Source: a virus | Lineage: Duplodnaviria > Caudoviricetes | DNA length: 32,330 bases | IMG/VR virus record: IMGVR_UViG_3300005611_000128 | Location: 1 to 32,330 of that record | Reading direction: 5' to 3' (one strand) | Shown here: in pieces, positions 25,497 through 32,330 of the stretch | How positions within the stretch are numbered: the first letter of the stretch is position 1 | Layout of the letters: each line of letters starts with the position of its first letter | Notes under the pieces: generated by a model | What the model was told of the DNA's origin: nothing | The model's database searches: none | Seen by the model: only the letters and a program-made list of their open reading frames with translations | Position numbers and translations under genes: made by a program

Positions 25497-25717
25497 ATCA
25501 AAATCAGCAAAACACTTTAAGGCTTGCTGTACTTGGTGGAGATATTACAAGATCAGACCTTGTTAATTTTTTAAATGTAAATAGGTCTACAGCATGGGGC
25601 TTATTATCAAGGCTCATGGGCGAGAATTTTTTACAAAGGATGGGCGAGGGAACCAAAACTCGCTATGTGGCAACCAAAAAAGGTTGCGATTACTATTTGC
25701 AAAATATAAATAAATAG
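25493..25717 (+). CDS. Winged helix-turn-helix protein
   Basis: 'ITRSDLVNFLNVNRSTAWGLLSRLMGENFLQRMGEGTKTRY'. Confidence 0.75.
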   Translation: MNQNQQNTLRLAVLGGDITRSDLVNFLNVNRSTAWGLLSRLMGENFLQRMGEGTKTRYVATKKGCDYYLQNINK

Positions 25718-25729
25718 TATACTAAAGTT

Positions 25730-25792
25730 ATGCCCAGGTTCCTTTTCATGTCGAGATTCTCCTTTTACCTCTTCTACCTGGGCACTTTTTTT
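25730..25792 (+). ncRNA. Candidate small RNA 2 with anti-SD/anti-AUG loop
   Basis: TATACT ends 6 nt upstream; TGCCCAGGT/ACCTGGGCA stem, then C-T7; loop contains CTTTTCATGTC-GAGA-TTCTCCTTTT. Confidence 0.55.
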
Positions 25793-25800
25793 AATTTAAT

Positions 25801-25856
25801 ACGGGACACAACGAGGGAGTCTGGAGGCTCCCTCGGGGGGATTCTTGTATGCCCGT
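25801..25856 (+). other. GC-rich bulged hairpin
   Basis: CGAGGGAGTC-TGGA-GGCTCCCTCG inside ACGGG...CCCGT. Confidence 0.45.
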
Positions 25857-25892
25857 GATTATTATGTAACATATAGGAATTAAGGCTCGGTT

Positions 25893-26099
25893 ATGGATAC
25901 AATAAAAATACAAGATATTCAATTAGGCAAGTGGTACAAGGTACTAATTGGATTTGCTACCAAGCCAGATATACGCTCTGGTTACTGTGTTCGGGGCATG
26001 TTAAAAAGTGGAGACAGGGTCCAAGTAATGGGCGAGTATGGCACTATAGAAAACACTGAGAGTTATATCAACTACATCAATTCGGTGGTTAAGGATTGA
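25893..26099 (+). CDS. Hypothetical protein
   Basis: 68 aa. Confidence 0.5.
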   Translation: MDTIKIQDIQLGKWYKVLIGFATKPDIRSGYCVRGMLKSGDRVQVMGEYGTIENTESYINYINSVVKD

Positions 26100-26114
26100 T
26101 TGTATAATGGATTT

Positions 26115-26531
26115 ATGAGCTTTTTAGAGTACAATAAAGTTCACGGCAGTTGGTCGAAAGACAATAAGCATTTCAAGCTAAGTAAAGAGTTCACGGTGGA
26201 AGATACTCGCAATGGGCTTAAATGGGTTGTCCCAGCAGGCTATGAAACCGATGGAGCCAGCTTCCCCCCTGGTTTTGATAGACTCTACGGTGGTAAATTT
26301 AACCCTAAGTATATAGAGGCAGCCGTGGTGCACGACTGGTATTGTCATTTTGCTAAAGAAAGAGACGGCAACCCTCCTGCGCATAACCGGACCCAAAAGC
26401 AAGTACACGGTATTTTCAGGGATATTTTAAAAGAGGAAGGAGTCAAAGGGTTCTTTGGCTGGTGGGTGCGAGGCAGTATGTATAATGCCGTAGTCATCTG
26501 GAACAGGGTTAGAAACCCTAAATGGAAATAA
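26115..26531 (+). CDS. DUF1353 family protein
   Basis: 'VPAGYETDGASFP', 'AAVVHDWYC' and 'MYNAV'; the ATG at 26115 is 6 nt after TATAAT (leaderless). Confidence 0.85.
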   Translation: MSFLEYNKVHGSWSKDNKHFKLSKEFTVEDTRNGLKWVVPAGYETDGASFPPGFDRLYGGKFNPKYIEAAVVHDWYCHFAKERDGNPPAHNRTQKQVHGIFRDILKEEGVKGFFGWWVRGSMYNAVVIWNRVRNPKWK

Positions 26532-26537
26532 TATATA

Positions 26538-26771
26538 ATGGAACTGGAAACAAGAGTGGCTATATTAGAAGAGCAAAGAAATCATGACAAGGAAATGCTG
26601 AGCGAAGCTTTAAATGAGCTTAAAGCAATGCGTGCTGACCTACATGACATGGTGATTAAATTTGATAGAAGCAAATCGTGGATCGGTGGGCTTGTCGTAG
26701 GACTGTCAGTAGTCTTTGCAGGACTCTTTGAAGGTATCAGAGAAGTTTGGCAATACTTTAAGTTAGGTTAG
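26538..26771 (+). CDS. Holin/haemolysin XhlA-like membrane protein
   Basis: 'LETRVAILE' coiled coil followed by one C-terminal transmembrane helix. Confidence 0.5.
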   Translation: MELETRVAILEEQRNHDKEMLSEALNELKAMRADLHDMVIKFDRSKSWIGGLVVGLSVVFAGLFEGIREVWQYFKLG

Positions 26772-27898
26772 AAGCCGTTCCACCAGAAGACTGGTCCAGC
26801 AGTACTAGGTACATCTTCTTCTGCACTAACAGTATAGAAGGTAGCTGGAGATGACTGGTTGTTATACTCAGTAGATATCCACGTGCTAGAAAGTAAGCTA
26901 GCCCTAACCCTGAACTCATCTATATCAACGTCAGTCTTACTACCAGTGTCCCCTCTAGTCGCCTGGTTTACTACATAAGTCCCAGCAGCAAGAGTATTGA
27001 CCGAAGTGTCAGAACCGTCAGCAGATCCGTCAACATAAAGATCAGCTCTTGTAGACCCATCTTGCGTTGCGTGGAATATATGCCAATTCCCGTCATCAAA
27101 CCCAGTTGCAGTCGTTGTTGCTACTGTAACTGCCGTAGAATTATAACCTAGCATCCTTAAATCACCGGATGCGGTATTAAATATAACGGCCCATCCGCTT
27201 GTAGATGCAGAACAACAGGCTAATTTAGAAACTATTGGGCTTGCTATTGCGTTTATAGAATTAAACCAAGCCGAATAGGTGTAGCTAGTACCAGCTAAAT
27301 CTAACCCACTAGTGTCTGCCGTTGTTAAATAATCATTACTCCCATCAAAGTCAAGAGCCTGCCCCATTTTACCTGCTATCGAATCACCAGAAGTCATAGA
27401 ACCACCACTAGTAAAGTCTTGGCTGTTAGAAGTTGAGTCTAGTATTTGAGGGGCTGAACCAGAAGGATCTTCCTGGTTATGCCATACAGCTACATAATCA
27501 GACCATACATTCTCTGCTCCATAAGTAGCAGAAGTAGCATAGTCAGATGCGCCTGAGTTGTTGTAGTAAAGATACCAGTCAGAGTTAGTGGTCCCACTCA
27601 AAGTACCAGAAGCCTTGAAGTGAACCTCACCATTAGCACCATCAAAGAAAACAATTTCTCTAGGTACCTCTGTAATACCATCAGCTTTCGTAATCCTAAT
27701 ATCAGCACCATTAGTACCAATATTAGTTCCATCGAATAATGATAGGTCTAGATATACAGGGAAATCGGTTAAATTAGCATCTACCTGGCCAGCATCAATA
27801 GTAAACTTTTGTCTATTTAGCCAGTTGTCATCATACCAAGCTGCTGAGGCAGGGTTGGCGATTAAGAATACTAATAACAGCGATATCCATTTTTTCAT
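26768..27898 (-). CDS. DUF2341 + LamG/concanavalin-like protein with Sec signal peptide
   Basis: 'WYDDNWLNRQKFTI', 'LTDFPVYL', 'GADIRIT', 'ALDFDGSNDY', 'DDGNWH' and 'IDEFRV...WISTEYNNQSSP'; N-terminus MKKWISLLLVFLIANPASA. Confidence 0.8.
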   Translation of the reverse strand: MKKWISLLLVFLIANPASAAWYDDNWLNRQKFTIDAGQVDANLTDFPVYLDLSLFDGTNIGTNGADIRITKADGITEVPREIVFFDGANGEVHFKASGTLSGTTNSDWYLYYNNSGASDYATSATYGAENVWSDYVAVWHNQEDPSGSAPQILDSTSNSQDFTSGGSMTSGDSIAGKMGQALDFDGSNDYLTTADTSGLDLAGTSYTYSAWFNSINAIASPIVSKLACCSASTSGWAVIFNTASGDLRMLGYNSTAVTVATTTATGFDDGNWHIFHATQDGSTRADLYVDGSADGSDTSVNTLAAGTYVVNQATRGDTGSKTDVDIDEFRVRASLLSSTWISTEYNNQSSPATFYTVSAEEDVPSTAGPVFWWNGF

Positions 27899-28287
27899 TA
27901 TGCACCTTTAATTGGGACGGTAGTCTCATTTAAAATAGTAACAAACAATCTTTGACCACCGACATTAAGATCCGCAAACTTGATACCTAGATGCGAGAGA
28001 TCATTCGCCGTAACTTCACCTTGTGCTTGTAGTTCACCAAGAGCTTTAAGAATAATCGCATCTCTATTAACTGGTGGCTCAGCAACATAGTAAGCCTTCT
28101 CTTCAGGGGTACCTTCATTAAGGACCCTAATAGGGATGGTTCTCTCTACGCAAACGTTATGGCTTTGCTCTGCTACTACTTCAATAGGGTATTCTTTATC
28201 ACCGCCATTCAAGTTACTAGGCTCACCAATTGAGATCAGTTTCACTATCTTTGTTTTTAAGTCTGCGACTAATTCTGCTTTATTCAT
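27898..28287 (-). CDS. Hypothetical protein in the fibre module
   Basis: 129 aa with GGAGG RBS. Confidence 0.6.
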   Translation of the reverse strand: MNKAELVADLKTKIVKLISIGEPSNLNGGDKEYPIEVVAEQSHNVCVERTIPIRVLNEGTPEEKAYYVAEPPVNRDAIILKALGELQAQGEVTANDLSHLGIKFADLNVGGQRLFVTILNETTVPIKGA

Positions 28288-28296
28288 ATCTTCCTC

Positions 28297-30306
28297 CTAT
28301 TGGAAATCTAAACCACTCTGACAGTAGTAGTTAGTACCATCGTAATAACAACTAACGAAATCTATATCTGCATTACCAGTACTTAGAGTTGGTGCTGTAC
28401 CACCAGGCCACTTTACCGCAGCAGGGAACGTAGCTAACCTTGTACCAGTTGCATCCTGAACTAGCTTTAAAGTTAAAGTAGTAGGCCCCGCTGGAGCAGT
28501 AAAGGTATAAGTACAGTTACCTGTCATTGTAGACTTGTGATGGTTGCCTATTCTCCAGTCAATTGTATCTGCTGTACTCGAATTACCATCATCAACTTCT
28601 GCATCAAAAACAATTGACTGAGCAAAAGATCCGTTACCACTAACAGTTAAAACAGAGCCAGCGAAAGTATCGCTAGTGTCTGAACGCAAGAAAGCATGTG
28701 AAGCCACACCATTGACGGTAATTGCATTACTGGCTGTTGCTAGGCGACCATTTGTATAGTCTACAAGTTTGACGGTTTTAGTTGTACCGCTAGTGTTAGT
28801 TTTAATTAAAACATCTCCAGCATTAGCATTAGCACCGTTTGAGGTATAAAATAAGGCTTTCCCCGTACCTGGGTCTGCTAATCCCGTGGGATCTCCACTT
28901 GGTGCGATTGCAACAGTTATGGTTGCCCAACCTTCATCTTCACTTATTGTCATTGTATTTGCATCAGTGATACCAGCGCTTGCTTGGTCTTTGTCATAGA
29001 CCCTTTCATCATGTAGGGAGGTGTTATTGTACCTAAGACTAGTGTATCCACTTAAAGTCCCTAATGTTTGAGGATCTACTAGAGATTGTGCTATTGCTGC
29101 CTTGATGATTTTACAATTATCAACTGTAGTGGTTACGGCTGCTGTTGTTACTGGGCCAGATGCACCAGTATTTGTTGCATAAGCATTTATTGGGTTGCTT
29201 GTATCTACGCCTGAATATCTAAGAATTGTAATTAATTGTGATGTTCCTGCACTAGCAGTAAAAGTATACGGACCAGATTCACCCGAGCCTGCAATTTTAT
29301 AGAGTACGTGAACATCTAGAATAGAGCCAGAATAATTATAAGTATCGCTATCAACCAATGTCCATCCTGTTGAAGTGTAGGTTCTATTATTAAATGCCAA
29401 AATCACAGCTACCAGAAGATCATTCTCTTGCGTACCAGAAGGCATCGCAACTGAATTAGATGCCGTATTAACAAATGCATCGTCTGTTTGTGATTCTAAT
29501 ACAGGCGCTGCACCACTACCAGCTGCAGTGTCATTAATTTGATGAATAATAACAGCACCATTAACATCAAGCTTAGAAGTAGGTGAAGTCGTCCCGATTC
29601 CCACATTGTCAGTAATCGTCGTTAAATAAATATCAGTCCCACCATCTGTCCAAGGACTACTAGCAGTTTCCCAATTAATTGTATTACCATCCATTGTAAG
29701 AACCTGATTGTCAGAACCCTTAGTAAGCATCACTAAAGAACCGTTTACGGTTGTGATTAAATCACCATTAGCTGCATAAGTTAATCCTGCTAAAGATGTT
29801 AAATCTGCATCAGCAGCTTGATAAACACTTGAGATGTCATCACAATTACCCTCACCATCTAGGTAAACATTAGTACCTGAGCAGATAGTATTAGCGTTCG
29901 TGTCAGTATCAATCACCGTACTTGCGATTGTTAAAGTATCAGTTGATGAATCTCCAGTGATAGTAATGCCAGTACCAGCCGTTAAGGTTAAAGTATCAGC
30001 ATTACTATCAGCGACAGGGCTAGTCCCACTAGTTGGAGTAAAAGTTTTAAAAACATATTCAGTGCTACCACCACCAGTAGAAGCCTCCCATCCAAGGGTG
30101 CTGCCATTAACGGTTAAAACATAATTGTCAGAACCGATTGGGAGGTTAGTCCAGGTAGAGCCATTATAATAAAGTATATCCCCGGTTGCTTGACCTGGAG
30201 CGGAAAGCTCAGAAAAGGTGGTTGTTGCACCAGCTGTAAAGAAGCCAGCATGAGCCGTCAAGGTACAAGCTAAGCTAATCGCTATTATTATCAGTAATCT
30301 CTTCAT
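28297..30306 (-). CDS. Mosaic tail-fibre/adhesin-like protein with Sec signal peptide
   Basis: Start at 30306 (GAGG RBS, ATGA overlap): [20 protein letters not shown]. Two 'GD..(Y/T).NGS...L..GSDN.VLT..G....WE' repeats, '[17 protein letters not shown]', and a C-terminal 'LVQDATGTR...[13 protein letters not shown]' domain. Confidence 0.75.
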   Translation of the reverse strand: MKRLLIIIAISLACTLTAHAGFFTAGATTTFSELSAPGQATGDILYYNGSTWTNLPIGSDNYVLTVNGSTLGWEASTGGGSTEYVFKTFTPTSGTSPVADSNADTLTLTAGTGITITGDSSTDTLTIASTVIDTDTNANTICSGTNVYLDGEGNCDDISSVYQAADADLTSLAGLTYAANGDLITTVNGSLVMLTKGSDNQVLTMDGNTINWETASSPWTDGGTDIYLTTITDNVGIGTTSPTSKLDVNGAVIIHQINDTAAGSGAAPVLESQTDDAFVNTASNSVAMPSGTQENDLLVAVILAFNNRTYTSTGWTLVDSDTYNYSGSILDVHVLYKIAGSGESGPYTFTASAGTSQLITILRYSGVDTSNPINAYATNTGASGPVTTAAVTTTVDNCKIIKAAIAQSLVDPQTLGTLSGYTSLRYNNTSLHDERVYDKDQASAGITDANTMTISEDEGWATITVAIAPSGDPTGLADPGTGKALFYTSNGANANAGDVLIKTNTSGTTKTVKLVDYTNGRLATASNAITVNGVASHAFLRSDTSDTFAGSVLTVSGNGSFAQSIVFDAEVDDGNSSTADTIDWRIGNHHKSTMTGNCTYTFTAPAGPTTLTLKLVQDATGTRLATFPAAVKWPGGTAPTLSTGNADIDFVSCYYDGTNYYCQSGLDFQ

Positions 30307-30782
30307 ATTGTCGCCTCGCCTATTTCTATCTCTCCTTGCCATACGATCTCTGCTCTCTTGTCTATTGCTTGAACCATAAAGCCACCAGCGATTGGATTAA
30401 CTTTAATTTTTTTCCACGTAGCAAAAGAAGCGTCCTCGCCCCTAGGTCCCATTATTCCTCGTGGACCTAATGGACCTCTTGGGCCTTCCGGACCTTGCTC
30501 TCCAATAGGTCCTCTCTCGCCCTGCTCACCTTGAGGGCCTTCTACACCTTGGATACCTTGATCACCCTTCTCACCTTGAGGGCCAACTTCTCCTTGAGGT
30601 CCCTCTGGACCCTCTGGACCTTCTGGACCTTCTGGACCAACTTCGCCTTGAGGTCCTTCTGGACCTTGTAAACCTCGTGGTCCCTTTGGACCTACTTCAC
30701 CAGGAATACCTTGTGGACCTACTGGTCCAGGTGGCCCATGATAGACATTGACCTCAATAGTTTCCTCACCACCTCGGATCAT
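30303..30782 (-). CDS. Collagen-like (Gly-X-Y)n protein
   Basis: More than 30 consecutive GXY triplets. Confidence 0.85.
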   Translation of the reverse strand: MIRGGEETIEVNVYHGPPGPVGPQGIPGEVGPKGPRGLQGPEGPQGEVGPEGPEGPEGPEGPQGEVGPQGEKGDQGIQGVEGPQGEQGERGPIGEQGPEGPRGPLGPRGIMGPRGEDASFATWKKIKVNPIAGGFMVQAIDKRAEIVWQGEIEIGEATI

Positions 30783-30784
30783 TG

Positions 30785-31090
30785 TTAGACAAGCTCCCTA
30801 ATATAAAAATCTACATTACCTATCACAGCAATTTTATGCCCTGCAATAAGTTTAATTTGCTCACCTGCTTTAGCAGGAAGGTAATTACTGGCTGTTGTTG
30901 CCGTTGGAGAAACTCCGCACTCATAATGACAATCTGCGTTACATATAACTCTGACGATTACGTCCCTAGAAGCATTAAAGGCTGTTGATTGAGCCACGCT
31001 CGAACCGGAACTAGTTAATTTATCCGTTTGACCAGTCGGAGAAAAAGTGTTTGGAATAGTCCTATTAAAAATGTCACGAGGCTGTTGCAT
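30785..31090 (-). CDS. Small beta-rich putative virion protein
   Basis: 101 aa, '[15 protein letters not shown]'; AAGGA RBS and TGaTATACT upstream. Confidence 0.6.
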   Translation of the reverse strand: MQQPRDIFNRTIPNTFSPTGQTDKLTSSGSSVAQSTAFNASRDVIVRVICNADCHYECGVSPTATTASNYLPAKAGEQIKLIAGHKIAVIGNVDFYIRELV

Positions 31091-31117
31091 AAAGGCTTCC
31101 TTACTCTCAGTATATCA

Positions 31118-31591
31118 TCAATATGACCATTCAGCACGGTACGGGCGAGTGTCTTTATGGATGAAATTACCTTCCTTACTCATCCCTCTACCCCCAAGTT
31201 TAAAGGTCCGATTTACAAACGCATAAACATCCTCTAATGGCACTCCTTCTAAATGATAATCAAGAGCTCTACCAAGAACATGCTGACTCCTGCCGTTACG
31301 GTTTTTAGATATTTCCCATTCTAATGGCCTAAAAGCGCCACCCCAATGAATAACTACAGGAGCGTCAAAGTAATCTCTGCAAATCTGTGCCTCTTGTGCA
31401 ATCGCAATTAAGTTATAGATATGCGCTGATGTTATATTGCGTTTAATAGACCTAGTGAGACGCTTAACCTCAACTTCTTCTACACCAACAGGAGGTTCTG
31501 TACCATAGATACATTCCCTCATAGTAATATTCTTAGTCAACTTTAGCTTGTCGAGGAACTTGTCACTAAAATCATACACAGAATAATTCAC
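31118..31591 (-). CDS. Peptidase M15A-family endolysin
   Basis: 'R...E.....G.SQHVLGRALD' and 'FIHKDTR' Zn-peptidase motifs. Confidence 0.85.
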   Translation of the reverse strand: MNYSVYDFSDKFLDKLKLTKNITMRECIYGTEPPVGVEEVEVKRLTRSIKRNITSAHIYNLIAIAQEAQICRDYFDAPVVIHWGGAFRPLEWEISKNRNGRSQHVLGRALDYHLEGVPLEDVYAFVNRTFKLGGRGMSKEGNFIHKDTRPYRAEWSY

Positions 31592-32275
31592 TAGCTCAAT
31601 GTATTTTCACTAACGATAATCGCATCAGTATCAACAGCCCAGCCAAAGAATGGTCCAGTTGTTGATATGCTGCTTACGCCAGTATCTCCTAAATAATAAT
31701 TAGTACCTCTAGTTAAGCCAGAATAAGACTCACTTAGAATACCCATTAATCCCCTTCTGATATGGATAGTAGCTTCACTACCAGAACTGACACTATCTTT
31801 AAAAACTCCGATCTTGAAGAAAGGTATTGAGTCTTTAAATTTCTCAAGGATTAAACCATTAGTTACATCATCAAGAGTCGCATAGAAAAAGTCATTGGTA
31901 GTTTCAAAAGTAACGGCATTAGTCCAACCCTGTGCTTGGCTACCAGTAGCACCAGTAGCAACTCCAGATTGTAGAAGAACCGCAGTACCTGCAACGCCAC
32001 CCTGTATCTCCTTAACATACAGGCTCGTCACAGCAGAAACAGTATCTGTGTAAGTAACTACATAGTTATTCTGATTAGGGTGGAAGTAGCCACCAATTGG
32101 TCGAAGCCCCGTGCCATCACTAATGGCGATCTTAGAACCAATGGTTGCACCATAACCAGAGCAGATTCTAGCCTGAACCTCATTATTGTCATCATATAAC
32201 ACCACAAAGGAACCAGCTGTTGTTGATGGTACTAAAATTACTGGAGAACTAATTACTATTTGCTGATTAGTAGTG
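31591..32275 (-). CDS. C-terminal part of a tail-fibre-like protein (5' truncated)
   Basis: Beta-rich, with a C-terminal 'YSGLTRGTNYYLGDTG..STTG...GWAV' domain; the real N-terminus is replaced by adapter sequence. Confidence 0.6.
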
Positions 32276-32330
32276 ATCTCGTATGCCGTCTTCTGCTTGA
32301 AAAAAAACAAAAAAACAAAAGACCACACAC
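32276..32330 (+). other. Illumina P7 adapter plus low-quality A-rich tail (artefact)
   Basis: ATCTCGTATGCCGTCTTCTGCTTG at 32276-32299, followed by poly-A. Confidence 0.97.

Noticed and set aside
14230-26408. Minus-strand and alternative-frame ORFs inside early/middle genes (e.g. 14230, 14514, 17831, 18025, 18724, 19444, 20258, 25009, 26178)
   Set aside because: They fully overlap well-supported plus-strand genes.
30307-30342. N-terminal extension [12 protein letters not shown] of the fibre ORF
   Set aside because: It overlaps the collagen gene; the ATG at 30306 has an RBS, an ATGA coupling and begins a signal peptide.
30590-30670. 9-nt tandem repeats (GGACCTTCT-like)
   Set aside because: They simply encode collagen GPE triplets.
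26768-32275. Diversity-generating retroelement, expected from the BPP-1-like virion genes
   Set aside because: No reverse transcriptase, Avd or template/variable repeat pair was seen in the window; the missing segment cannot be assessed.
1-32330. Assignment to Autographiviridae or to an integrated prophage
   Set aside because: No single-subunit RNA polymerase, integrase, att site or host genes are visible. Host identity cannot be determined from the sequence alone.

Overview
This window is most of the genome of a small tailed dsDNA phage with podovirus-type (T7/BPP-1-like) virion genes. It appears to be broken inside the structural module, and it ends in an Illumina P7 adapter artefact at 32276-32330. 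Minus strand 12301->1 carries the terminase subunits, portal, Bbp19-like protein, scaffold, major capsid protein, tail adaptor and nozzle, and three internal virion proteins. The last of these is a >706-aa ORF that runs off the left end and is absent from the ORF track. Plus strand 12775-26771 carries early/middle genes: RuvC, an ADP-ribosyltransferase-fold protein, an Arc-like repressor, DnaB helicase, a Sak4-like ATPase, a secreted matrixin-type protease, a DUF6948-like protein followed by a (Gly-X)n protein, RHH and HTH regulators, DUF1353, a holin-like protein and many small ORFs. Minus strand 32275->26768 carries fibre/adhesin-like genes, an M15 peptidase endolysin and a collagen-like protein. 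I could not recognise a DNA polymerase, primase, initiator, RNA polymerase, integrase or reverse transcriptase. The most unusual signals are mostly non-coding: (1) two inverted, sequence-divergent but structurally identical three-way-junction elements (stem-GTT-stem-GCGAAGC-A-stem) flanking an AT-rich spacer just upstream of the helicase operon, a candidate ssDNA priming/origin system; (2) two clamp-shaped small RNAs exposing anti-Shine-Dalgarno loops, one with 21 nt of complementarity to a phage early-gene start; (3) repeated covarying hairpins between early genes; (4) several leaderless genes; (5) fibre-like proteins with Sec signal peptides. Family assignments come from motif recognition and synteny, not database searches.
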